Positions 54,563 through 63,604 of a DNA stretch of 64,000 bases are shown here, piece after piece; within the stretch, counting starts at the first letter, position 1; each line of letters opens with the position of its first letter. The notes under the pieces were generated by a model. That model saw only the letters and a program-made list of their open reading frames with translations. It made no database searches and was not told the DNA's origin. This stretch comes from a virus. Its lineage: Duplodnaviria; Caudoviricetes. The DNA lies in the IMG/VR virus record IMGVR_UViG_3300043748_000050, positions 1 to 64,000 of that record, one strand, 5' to 3'. A program made the translations under genes and the position numbers.

Positions 54563-56233
54563 TCAACCCGACTTCGGCATGAACGGGTCCAGCTTCCGGC
54601 TTGCCGTGGCCACGTCGATCAGGTTGGACGCGAGGCCGGCCCGCAGACCGTCCGGAGCCGGGATCCCCAGGTACCGCAGCACCTTGACCTGCTTCTCCGA
54701 TGCGGGCTTCTTCCGCCACGCCGCGCTCTTGGTCATGTTCAGCCCCGAGCGGTCCGTGGCCTCCGTCTCCGCCCACGCCATCGCCATGCCCAGATCCAGC
54801 CCCGCGTGCAGTCGCTCCCAACTGGACCGGCCGGCCCGGATGTTCTGCACCGTGCCGTCCGGCGGCACGTACGCGACGTCCCACTTCTCCAGCTCCCGGG
54901 ACGGCCACAGCACGACCTCGCCCTTACCCCCGAGCGGGATGAACTGCACACCCGCCCGGGTCCGCAGCCACGAGTACGCCTCCGACCGCCCGAACAGGTC
55001 GTGGTCCCGGTGCGTCAGCTCGAACCGCAGCGAGCCGGAGGGAATCTTCGCGCTCTTCCTCGACTCCTCGCGCTCGTACGCGTCTGCCAGCGTCTCGCCG
55101 TCCTTCACCTCCTTGCCCTCGAGACCCGGCTCCAGGTCCACCAGCGTGCACAGCGATCCACCCTCGCCTGCGAGGATGAGCACCAGTGCGTCCCGCTTGC
55201 CTGTGGTAGGCGACGGCCGCAGGACGCGGCCGGCCATCTGGACGAACAGAGGCTGGGACTTCGTCGGCCGGGCTATCACCGCGCAGTCCGCCCACGGCGC
55301 ATCGAACCCGACCGTCAGAACCATGCAGTTCACGAGCGTGCGGACCTCACCGGTGCGGAACCTCCGGTAGATCTCCAGCCGTTCCGAGCGGGGTGTGCCG
55401 CCGTGCACGTAGGCGGCGGACGGCAGGGCCTCCGCCACGGCCCGCGCCATCTCCACCGTCGGGGTGAAAACGATCGGGCTGCGCCGGTCGGCCGCGTGCT
55501 CCTCCAGCACCTTGGCGATGATTTGCGGGCCGCCGGCCTCCATCATGGCGTCGCCCAGGTCGCTGGCCTGGTAGTCGCCCTTGGACGTCTTCACGCCGCC
55601 AAGATGCAGAGCGTCCACGTCCACGATCTTGGACTTCACGTCCGTCAGGTATCCGTGGGCCATACCCCACAGCGGGGAGCGCTCGAACACCGCGTCTTCC
55701 CACACATCTCCGAGGCCCTGGCCGTCACCCCGGGCGAGGGTCGCCGTGAAGCCGACGGCCCGCGTGCCCGGCATCCCGCTGTAGCAGCCGAGCGCGGCGA
55801 GGATGTTGCGATAGCTGACGGCCGCAGCGAAATGACATTCGTCCACGATCACCAGGCCGATGGGCCCGCAGACTTTTTGCGAGTCCACCAGCCGGTGCAG
55901 CCGGGTCTCCCGGGCCAGGGTCTGCACGGAGCAGACCATGACGTCGGCCGCGATGTTGTCGTCCTTGGCCTTCACCTTGCCCATGAACAAGGACGGCTCG
56001 GTCTGCTTCAGCTTGTCCAGCGTCTGGTCGGCCAGCTCGTCGCGGTGCACGAGGATGACGACGCGAGTCTTCTCGGTCGCGACGTGCTCGGCCGCCATCC
56101 GGGCAAAGATGCACGTCTTCCCGAGGCCCGTGGCCAGCACGGCGGCCGGCCGCTGTATGCCGTCGGCCCACGCCGTCTGCACGGCGTCGATGGCCTCGCG
56201 CTGGTACTCGCGAAGCTGAAGAGTCTGGCTCAC
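54563..56233 (-). CDS. SF2 DEAD/DEAH-box helicase
   Basis: LREYQ, ATGLGKT, DECH, TAT, LTVGFD, QMAGRVLR. Confidence 0.92.
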   Translation of the reverse strand: MSQTLQLREYQREAIDAVQTAWADGIQRPAAVLATGLGKTCIFARMAAEHVATEKTRVVILVHRDELADQTLDKLKQTEPSLFMGKVKAKDDNIAADVMVCSVQTLARETRLHRLVDSQKVCGPIGLVIVDECHFAAAVSYRNILAALGCYSGMPGTRAVGFTATLARGDGQGLGDVWEDAVFERSPLWGMAHGYLTDVKSKIVDVDALHLGGVKTSKGDYQASDLGDAMMEAGGPQIIAKVLEEHAADRRSPIVFTPTVEMARAVAEALPSAAYVHGGTPRSERLEIYRRFRTGEVRTLVNCMVLTVGFDAPWADCAVIARPTKSQPLFVQMAGRVLRPSPTTGKRDALVLILAGEGGSLCTLVDLEPGLEGKEVKDGETLADAYEREESRKSAKIPSGSLRFELTHRDHDLFGRSEAYSWLRTRAGVQFIPLGGKGEVVLWPSRELEKWDVAYVPPDGTVQNIRAGRSSWERLHAGLDLGMAMAWAETEATDRSGLNMTKSAAWRKKPASEKQVKVLRYLGIPAPDGLRAGLASNLIDVATASRKLDPFMPKSG

Positions 56234-56811
56234 GACGCGTCGCCCCCTTCGTCGTCCTCCGCTCGCGCCTTGGCCTCTTCGATGTGGCCGAGAACCCAGC
56301 CGTCCAGCGCACCGGGCGAACGCAGGAGTTCGCGGGTCATCTTCGGCGGCTTCAGTCCGGCGGCGCGGAACCGGCGGCGCAGCTCACGCATCTTGTTGTC
56401 CGCCTCGGTCTGGCCGAACGGACCGACGGCCGGGGACGTGTGGTCGGCGTCCCAGTGGACACGGACCACCCACTGGAAGTCCTTGTACGCCGGTGCGACC
56501 GGGTCGCGGTTCGGCTCCGGCGCGCTCCCGTCCAGCGCCGCGTCCACACCGCGCTTCCACGCCTCGAACACGCTGTGCGGGACGTCGTTGGCCCGCAAGT
56601 CCGACGGGATGTCCACGCCCCGGTAGGTCTCGCCGTACCGGTACTCCATGTACGACTTGGCCGCGTCCTCGGTCATGACGGAACCCACGGTGTAGCCCTG
56701 ACCGGTCAGGGTCCGCGCGGTGATCTGCGCCATGTTCCAGGGCTGCGGGCTCGTCAGAACCTCCGCGTCGTTCTCGACGTAAAGGACCCGGTACATCTTG
56801 ATGCTGCTCAC
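56230..56811 (-). CDS. Hypothetical protein
   Basis: GTGA coupling on both sides. Confidence 0.6.
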   Translation of the reverse strand: MSSIKMYRVLYVENDAEVLTSPQPWNMAQITARTLTGQGYTVGSVMTEDAAKSYMEYRYGETYRGVDIPSDLRANDVPHSVFEAWKRGVDAALDGSAPEPNRDPVAPAYKDFQWVVRVHWDADHTSPAVGPFGQTEADNKMRELRRRFRAAGLKPPKMTRELLRSPGALDGWVLGHIEEAKARAEDDEGGDAS

Positions 56812-57038
56812 TGGTCCACCCCCGGTGTTACGTCTTCCTCGCGTACGTAGCGCAGGGATTCGTCCCCGCCGCTGCACGTCTCCGTGTTCTCGTCGCTCTC
56901 CAGCGGGTCGCCGTGCTCCGGGCAGTCCGGGTGCGCGTAGGCCACGACCCCGGGCCCGTCGTATTCCGGGAGCCCGACGTCCCCGGGGGTAAGGCATATC
57001 CCGTTGCACTTAGCCGTCGATCGGCCGTCGTCACTCAT
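56808..57038 (-). CDS. Hypothetical protein
   Basis: Coupled ORF. Confidence 0.5.
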   Translation of the reverse strand: MSDDGRSTAKCNGICLTPGDVGLPEYDGPGVVAYAHPDCPEHGDPLESDENTETCSGGDESLRYVREEDVTPGVDQ

Positions 57039-57420
57039 CGGTGGCCGGCCTCGCTTCCTTGATGAACTTCCGGGCCTCGCCGTCGGGGCAGGGGATCGCT
57101 CCGGGCAGTCCGTGTTCCTGGCAGTAGCCGTGATGGTCCAGCGAGCACTCGCTGTCGTAGTGCAGGGAGCCCACCAGCGGCACGGCGACCCCCAGCGCGT
57201 CCTGGACGCCGAGCCTCCACCAGTGCGCTTCGGGCTGGTCCCAGTTGGGGCGCAGTCCAGCCTGCACAGGGATACCCCGGTACGTGTCCGGGCCGGTCGC
57301 CGGGTCCTTCGTCCCCGGGGCGGTCCTCGCGTCCACGAGGGCCTTGAGCCGTCGAAGCGTCGCAGGGTCCTGGCTGTTCACGAAGACGACCAGCGCGCGG
57401 TCGTTGTCGGCGGCGCTCAT
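57031..57420 (-). CDS. Hypothetical protein
   Basis: ATGA coupling; C.LDHHGYCQEH...CP. Confidence 0.6.
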   Translation of the reverse strand: MSAADNDRALVVFVNSQDPATLRRLKALVDARTAPGTKDPATGPDTYRGIPVQAGLRPNWDQPEAHWWRLGVQDALGVAVPLVGSLHYDSECSLDHHGYCQEHGLPGAIPCPDGEARKFIKEARPATDE

Positions 57421-57779
57421 GCGGCACGCCTCCCTTCGAGCACTTCGGCGGGCAGCGGCCCGCGTTCGAAACGGATCCGGCGGCCGGCGGGAGCCCAGAA
57501 CCAGCGGTACGGGAACGTCCGGATGCTCAGCTCGATGAGCGCGACCGCCCGGTGGTGCCCGTCGTTCAGGTACGTCACGAGGTCCCGGCGCCGGACGGCG
57601 ACCGTCAGCGGTTCCAGGACCCCCTCGTCCGGGATGGACTCCATCAGCTCGTCCAGGATCTCCCGCTCGTACCTATCGGTCTTGATCGTGTGACAGGCGG
57701 TCGCCCAGTCCGGGAAGTCGCCGCACCCGATCATCCCGTCGTCCAGCAGACTGACGGGGAGTGTGGGCCAGCGACTCAT
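57417..57779 (-). CDS. ParB/Srx-like N-terminal domain protein
   Basis: L.ESI...G.LEPL.V......DGHHRA.AL. Confidence 0.65.
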   Translation of the reverse strand: MSRWPTLPVSLLDDGMIGCGDFPDWATACHTIKTDRYEREILDELMESIPDEGVLEPLTVAVRRRDLVTYLNDGHHRAVALIELSIRTFPYRWFWAPAGRRIRFERGPLPAEVLEGRRAA

Positions 57780-58096
57780 GCGGCCACCGCTCCCTCGAGC
57801 ACCGGGCGGTTCCAGGCGCGCTGCGCCGGGTCCTCAGCGTTGCGGACGTCGTACTTGTGCACCGCGATCAGGTGCTCCCACAGGTCGGCGAAGTGCTCGT
57901 TGTCGTCCTGGCCGCCGTACGGCGTCGTCCAATAGCAATCCTTGCGGGGGCAGTCGACGCACGGGCCTGTGGAGTGGATGGCCCGTCGGCGCTCGCGACC
58001 GAGTGTGTCGGCCAGGTCGCAGTCCTCCACCGGGTCCAGCACGTCGGAGCCGAGCAGGTTCAGTGTTGCCGCGTACGCGGTCTCTTCCTTGGTCAT
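57776..58096 (-). CDS. Hypothetical protein
   Basis: GGAGG RBS; C...C...H...H. Confidence 0.5.
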   Translation of the reverse strand: MTKEETAYAATLNLLGSDVLDPVEDCDLADTLGRERRRAIHSTGPCVDCPRKDCYWTTPYGGQDDNEHFADLWEHLIAVHKYDVRNAEDPAQRAWNRPVLEGAVAA

Positions 58097-58324
58097 GGAT
58101 CCGTGATCCTCCCAGCGGGGTGCACAATCACCGAACCCGCACGTCACGAGGATCGCGGGACTCGCTGACTTCGCCCCATCTGTGCCCGGCGTCCCGGGTG
58201 TTCCTTGGTCTTTGGTCGGCGGGTCCCCGTCGGGCCCCTCTGTCCGTTATGGTACCCGTCGTGTAAGTGCGTGTAAACACGGGTATCATCGATACGCGTA
58301 CTTACACATCATCAAGGAGGAAGC

Positions 58325-58549
58325 GTGGAAGGCTATCTGACGGTCGCCCAGGTGGCGTCCCGGGCCGAGGTGCACACCGGGTCCGTCTACCGCTGGCTGG
58401 ACGACCCCGACGTCCCGCTGACCCGTCACAAGGACGGCAGCGGCCGGGTGTGGATCCCCGAGGCCGAGGCGGACGCCTGGATCGCCACGCGCAACACGCT
58501 CACCGTCGTCCCGGCCGCAGCGCCCGCCGCCACGGGTGTCACGTCGTGA
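58325..58549 (+). CDS. Excisionase/MerR-like HTH DNA-binding protein
   Basis: AAGGAGG RBS; YLTVAQVA...V...SVYRW. Confidence 0.75.
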   Translation: MEGYLTVAQVASRAEVHTGSVYRWLDDPDVPLTRHKDGSGRVWIPEAEADAWIATRNTLTVVPAAAPAATGVTS

Positions 58550-59043
58550 AGCCGGCCGAGGCGTACCAGCTCGTCACGCCGTTACCGACGACGTGGCGGG
58601 GAATCTCCTACCGGTCACGCACCGAGGCACGGTTCGCCGTCTTCATGACCGAGGCCCGGATCCCGTTCGAGCACGAGCCGCAGGCGTACCGCGTCGCCGG
58701 CCGGGGCTACCTGCCGGACTTCCGCATACGGCCCCATCACGGCGCTGACCAGGTGTGGATGGAGATTAAGCCGAGCGTGGATACCTTGGACGACCCACGC
58801 TGGCGGGCTCTTGTCCTTCAGACAAGGTCGATGCTGTTCGTCGTGCGCGGGCTGCACCGCCGGGGAGACACCTGCGGGCGTGATCACAGCGTCCGTGTCT
58901 GGCACCCCGACGGCGTGACGGCGGATGTGGACACGATGTGGACCGGGCCCGAGTACCGACACGCCTGGGACACCGCCCACGCCGCCCGATTCGATGGCGC
59001 GCGGTCCGGTCGCCCGGGACGCCGAAAGGGGAGGAGAACGTAA
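58546..59043 (+). CDS. PD-(D/E)xK nuclease-like protein
   Basis: YRSRTEARFA.F...EHEP...YLPDF...MEIKP. Confidence 0.7.
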   Translation: MKPAEAYQLVTPLPTTWRGISYRSRTEARFAVFMTEARIPFEHEPQAYRVAGRGYLPDFRIRPHHGADQVWMEIKPSVDTLDDPRWRALVLQTRSMLFVVRGLHRRGDTCGRDHSVRVWHPDGVTADVDTMWTGPEYRHAWDTAHAARFDGARSGRPGRRKGRRT

Positions 59044-59102
59044 GTGATCACCCAGCCCCACCAGACCAAGGAAGCACGGACCAAGGAAGCAGGAACAGAC
59101 CG

Positions 59103-62100
59103 ATGACCACATTCGTGGGCACTGACCAGGGGCGGGTGTCCGACCACACCCCGCAGGTATCCGACAGTCACGCGGGGGAGCTGGACGCCAGCGAGATCGC
59201 ACACGACGTGCGGGACGCCCGGGGCTACGAGACCCTCTACGGCACCGACGAGGACAAGGCGTTTCTGCGGCAGCAGAAGATTCCGTACTGGGCCTGGAAA
59301 GAGGACTCCGCCTTCCCGGGACTGCTCTTGCCGATGTACCGGGTGACCGGCGAGAAGATCGGCGTGATGTTCAAGCCCGGCGAACCGCAGGTGCTCAACA
59401 CGAAGAAGGTGAAGTACGCAACCCAAGTGGGCAAGGCCCGCTTGGACATCCCGCCGACCGTGGCGCACCTGGTCCGGCCGACCGAGCCCGAGATGCTCCG
59501 TGAGTTCCCCCTGTGGATCACGGAAGGGATCAAGAAAGCTGATGCCCTCGCGTCCAAGGGCATCGCCACAGTCACCTTGTCCGGGGTCTACAACTGGCGG
59601 GCGACCCTCGGCACACTCGGGGACTGGGAGGAAGTCCCCCTCAAGGGTCGCAGGGTCATCATCTGCTTTGACGCCGACGCCCGGCACAAGCCGGACGTCT
59701 TGCAGGCCATGCTCCGTCTGGGCCGGTGGCTGGAGACCCGGCGAGTGGAGAGCGTCTTCTACCTGATCGTTCCCGAGGAAGTGAACGGGGTCGAGGTCAA
59801 GGGCGTCGACGATTTCTTCCACGCAGGCGGCACGCTGGGCGACCTGCGGGACGCGGCCACACAGATCGCCCCGTCGGACAACACCAGGGACGCCGCGTTC
59901 AGCGACGCCGTCCTGGTCGAAACCCTGTGCATGGAAACCCTGGAAGGCCGATACCGGTGGGCATCCGGACTCGGGTGGCTGAACTGGAACGGCAACGTGT
60001 GGTCTGAATGCTCCGAGGCCCAGGTTCTGGAAGAGATCCGGCTATGGGCCCGCGCAGGGTGGGACCGGACCCTGGAGGAGATGCGCGGGGGCAAGGATCT
60101 GAGTTCCCAACTGGCCGGATGGAAGGGCGCGATGTCGGCCAGCAAGCTGGCTAGCCTACTCAAGCTCGCCCGGGGCGTGAGCGGGATCCTGGCCGACGCG
60201 ACTGATTTCGACTACGACCCGGACGTCATCAACTGTCAGAACGGCATCCTGGACCTGCGCACAGGGGTTCTGACGCCTCACGACCCCGACCGTCTCATGA
60301 CGAAGATCACCGGGTGTGACTACGTCCCGGGGGCGACGCACCCCGACTGGACCACGGCGCTGGAGGCCGTCCCGGGCGACTCCCGCGACTGGTTCCAGAC
60401 CCGCAGCGGCCAGGCCCTCACCGGACACACCCCGCCGGACGACTTGATCCTCATCCTCCAGGGCGGCGGATCCAACGGGAAGTCGTCGGTGATGGACACC
60501 ATCGCCAAGGCCGCCGGGAAGAAGGGCGGCTACCACACGGCCGTGTCCGACAAGGCGCTGCTCGGCAACGCCTCGGAGGGCCACTCCACGGAGATGATGC
60601 CGTTCATGGGCGCCCGCCTCGCCGTGCTGGAGGAGACGCCGGAGGCCAAGCGGCTGGACGTCACCCGGGTCAAGAAGCTCGCCGGCACCGAGCAGATCAC
60701 CGCGCGCAAGATCCGCCAGGACAACGTCACCTTCATCACGACGCACACCCTGATCATCAACACCAACTTCAAGCCGCTGGTGGACGAGACCGACCACGGT
60801 ACGTGGCGCCGGCTCGCGATGCTGTGCTTCCCGTTCACCTACCGCAAGCCCGGAGAGGCTTGCACGGGCCCGAACGACAAGCGAGGAGACCAGAACCTGC
60901 GCCAGCGTCTGCGGACGGACGACGGCCCCCGTACCGAGGCCGCGCTGGCGTGGATGGTGGAGGGCGCCCGCAAGTGGTACGGGGACGGCCAGGTCATGTC
61001 CGCACCGCCGGAGCGGGTGGAGAGGGACACCCTGGAGTGGCGCAAGGAATCGGACCTGATCCTGTCCTTCATCGGGGACGTGCTGGCGTTCGACTGGAAC
61101 AGCCACATCCTCTCCAAGGAGCTGCACGAGGTCTTCAACAGGTACCTGGCCGACAAGGGTCACCGGGAGTGGACGGACCGCACGTTCGTCAGCCGATTCG
61201 GAAGCCACGACGAGTGCGCACGGAACTCAGTCCAGCGGAAGAAGATCAGGGTTCGGGACGGCCGGTCGACGCTGGGCGGACCGCCGCCCAAGGGCGTCAA
61301 CTACCACGCGTGGATCGGGATCAAGTTCCAGAGCCCGGACGGAAAAGACGAGGTCAACGAGGGTGAGCCGGAAGGTGTACCCCCTGTACCTTCTTCTCCG
61401 GTTAACGCTGAAAATGCTTCTCCTATAGAGGTAACCGACGAAGGAGGTACAGCGGGTACACGCCCCGAACCACCTGCTGACGCGGACCCCTTCGGAGAAG
61501 ATCCTTTCGCGGAAGCGGAATCCGATCACACCCCTTCGGCCGCCATCCCGGCACCCGCAGCACCCCCGGCCGCCGAGACCGTCCAGCGCGCCGGCGGCGG
61601 GGCCATCGGGTTCGACATCGAGTCCCACTCCGTCCTACAGCTGTTCACCCACACCGACCTCGGCGGGGACCCGTACACCAAGCTGTCCGGCTACGTCATC
61701 GAGGACGGCACGGAGGTGGTCGTCAACTCCCCGGCGGAGCTCATCAAGCGCCTCGAGGACGCGGACGAGATCTACGGCCACAACCTGCTCGGGTTCGACC
61801 TGATGGCCCTCGCCCGCCACCACGGCGCCGACTACGACGCCCTGGCCGCCAAGACGGTGGACACCATGCGGTGGGCCATGACCGTCGACCCGCCCGGCGC
61901 CAAGGGCGAGAAGCCGTGGTCCACCAAGGGCTACTACAGCCTGGACGGCCTCGCCGGCCGGCTCGGCATGCCCGGCAAGACGGACAACCTGCGGGCCCTC
62001 GCCATCAAGCACGCGCCCGAGGAGATCGACGGCCGCAAGCTGACCGACGACGAGCGGGCCGAGATCGGGTACGGCCGGATCCCCGCCGATGACCCGGAGT

Positions 62101-63506
62101 ACCGCAGCTACTTCAGCGGCGACCTGAAGGCGACCCGGGGCGTGCGGCGCGCTCTCGGTGAGCCATCGGACTACGTCCGGCGCGAGATGCGCGTGGCCCA
62201 CCTCCAGCACCGCATGACGTTCAACGGCTGGCGCGTGGACGTCCCCGAGCTGACCCGGCTGGTGCAGGCCGAGGAGGACAAGCGGCAGGAATCCCTCCAG
62301 TGGCTGCACGAGAACTGCGGCGTGCCGCTCACCGAGACGGTCGGCACGGGCCGGGGCAAAAACCGCGTCTTCACCGAGGTGCCGAGGAAGGCCCCACTGT
62401 CTTCCAATGAGGGTCGAGACGCGCTCATCCGGGCGTTCGCCGACCGGGGTCTGCCTTACTACCTTCGGACGGCCTCCGGAACGCTCGCCACCAGCAAGGA
62501 CGCGCTGGGGGACACCGCGTACCTGGTGGGCAAGGGCAAAGAGACTCGCGAGCTGCCCGCCCTGCTCAACCCCAACCGGCGCGTGCTCCACCCGGACGCG
62601 GACTGGGCGGCCATCGAGGAGATGGCGAGTCACATCGGCCTCGTGACGTCCTCGGTGCAGAAGTACGCGGAAATCCAGAAGCACCTCGTAGGGGACCGGG
62701 TGCACCCGAAGGTCGGCGACCTCCAGGCGTCTGGCCGATGGGCGTACGTCAACCCGTCGGTGACCAACATGGGCAAGCGCGGCGGCAAGGTCCACCAGCG
62801 CCGTCCGATGATCGCGGACGACGGCATGCTGCTGATCGCGTTCGACCTGGATCAGGTCGACATGCGTGCCGTGGCCGGCCACAGCCAGGACCAGGCGTAC
62901 ATGGCGCTGTTCGAGCCCGGCATGGATGCGCACAGCATGGTCACCGACGCGGTGTTCGGCCGGGACAACTGCGAGTGCGCCGGGCCGAAGCACACCTGCG
63001 AGTGGCGGGACAAGTCCAAGGCGTCCGGCCACGGTTGGAACTACGGCATGGGTGTGAACAGCCTGGTGCTGCGCCAGGGTGTCGAGCGGACCGTGGCTCA
63101 GCAGTTCGATGATCAGATGAACAGCCAGTTCCCCGGGCTGTGCGCCTGGAGGACTGAGGTCCGCGACCGGGGCAAGGCCGGCGAGATGCTGGACAACGGG
63201 TTCGGACGGCTCATGCGCTGCAACCCCGACCGGGCGTGGACGCAGGCGCCCGCGCTGATGGGCCAGGGCGGCGCCCGGGACATCATGTGCGAAGCCCTGC
63301 TGCGGCTGGTCGAGCGGGCCCCGGAGGCCACGGAGTGGCTGCGCTGCGTCGTCCATGACGAGGTGGTCCTGTGCGTCCCCGGGGACCGCGTGGAGGAGAT
63401 CAGCGCGACGGTGCTGGACGCGTTCAGCTTCGAGTTCAAGGGCGTGCCGATCACGGCCGGGGCGAGCAAGGCGTCGGTCACGTGGAGCGGTTGCTACGCG
63501 AAGTGA
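59103..63506 (+). CDS. Primase (DUF3854/TOPRIM)-P4/D5 helicase-family A DNA polymerase fusion
   Basis: WITEG.KKAD, CFDAD, KGVDD; GGGSNGKS; FDIE and GHNLLGFD exonuclease; DLDQVDMR, RDKSKASGHGWNYG, VHDE. Confidence 0.9.
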   Translation: MTTFVGTDQGRVSDHTPQVSDSHAGELDASEIAHDVRDARGYETLYGTDEDKAFLRQQKIPYWAWKEDSAFPGLLLPMYRVTGEKIGVMFKPGEPQVLNTKKVKYATQVGKARLDIPPTVAHLVRPTEPEMLREFPLWITEGIKKADALASKGIATVTLSGVYNWRATLGTLGDWEEVPLKGRRVIICFDADARHKPDVLQAMLRLGRWLETRRVESVFYLIVPEEVNGVEVKGVDDFFHAGGTLGDLRDAATQIAPSDNTRDAAFSDAVLVETLCMETLEGRYRWASGLGWLNWNGNVWSECSEAQVLEEIRLWARAGWDRTLEEMRGGKDLSSQLAGWKGAMSASKLASLLKLARGVSGILADATDFDYDPDVINCQNGILDLRTGVLTPHDPDRLMTKITGCDYVPGATHPDWTTALEAVPGDSRDWFQTRSGQALTGHTPPDDLILILQGGGSNGKSSVMDTIAKAAGKKGGYHTAVSDKALLGNASEGHSTEMMPFMGARLAVLEETPEAKRLDVTRVKKLAGTEQITARKIRQDNVTFITTHTLIINTNFKPLVDETDHGTWRRLAMLCFPFTYRKPGEACTGPNDKRGDQNLRQRLRTDDGPRTEAALAWMVEGARKWYGDGQVMSAPPERVERDTLEWRKESDLILSFIGDVLAFDWNSHILSKELHEVFNRYLADKGHREWTDRTFVSRFGSHDECARNSVQRKKIRVRDGRSTLGGPPPKGVNYHAWIGIKFQSPDGKDEVNEGEPEGVPPVPSSPVNAENASPIEVTDEGGTAGTRPEPPADADPFGEDPFAEAESDHTPSAAIPAPAAPPAAETVQRAGGGAIGFDIESHSVLQLFTHTDLGGDPYTKLSGYVIEDGTEVVVNSPAELIKRLEDADEIYGHNLLGFDLMALARHHGADYDALAAKTVDTMRWAMTVDPPGAKGEKPWSTKGYYSLDGLAGRLGMPGKTDNLRALAIKHAPEEIDGRKLTDDERAEIGYGRIPADDPEYRSYFSGDLKATRGVRRALGEPSDYVRREMRVAHLQHRMTFNGWRVDVPELTRLVQAEEDKRQESLQWLHENCGVPLTETVGTGRGKNRVFTEVPRKAPLSSNEGRDALIRAFADRGLPYYLRTASGTLATSKDALGDTAYLVGKGKETRELPALLNPNRRVLHPDADWAAIEEMASHIGLVTSSVQKYAEIQKHLVGDRVHPKVGDLQASGRWAYVNPSVTNMGKRGGKVHQRRPMIADDGMLLIAFDLDQVDMRAVAGHSQDQAYMALFEPGMDAHSMVTDAVFGRDNCECAGPKHTCEWRDKSKASGHGWNYGMGVNSLVLRQGVERTVAQQFDDQMNSQFPGLCAWRTEVRDRGKAGEMLDNGFGRLMRCNPDRAWTQAPALMGQGGARDIMCEALLRLVERAPEATEWLRCVVHDEVVLCVPGDRVEEISATVLDAFSFEFKGVPITAGASKASVTWSGCYAK
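61375..61461. repeat. Inverted-repeat element (ori-like), copy 2, in the helicase-polymerase linker
   Basis: GTGTACCCCCTGTACC...GGTACAGCGGGTACAC around an AT-rich core. Confidence 0.7.
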
Positions 63507-63530
63507 GCTGGTCGGGACAGCTCGAGGGGG

Positions 63531-63566
63531 TTGTCCCGGCACCGTCCAGATGGTTTAATTAAATCG
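63531..63566 (+). promoter_or_regulatory. Promoter/operator cassette
   Basis: TTGTCC-17bp-TTTAAT in TGGTTTAATTAAATCG, followed by GACCAAGGAA at 63586. Confidence 0.8.
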
Positions 63567-63604
63567 AAGGGTTCGACCGAACCCCGACCAAGGAAGGCAG
63601 GACC

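Noticed and set aside
58325-58549. Integration module implied by the excisionase-like HTH
   Set aside because: No integrase or att site in the window; more likely a regulator of the replication operon.
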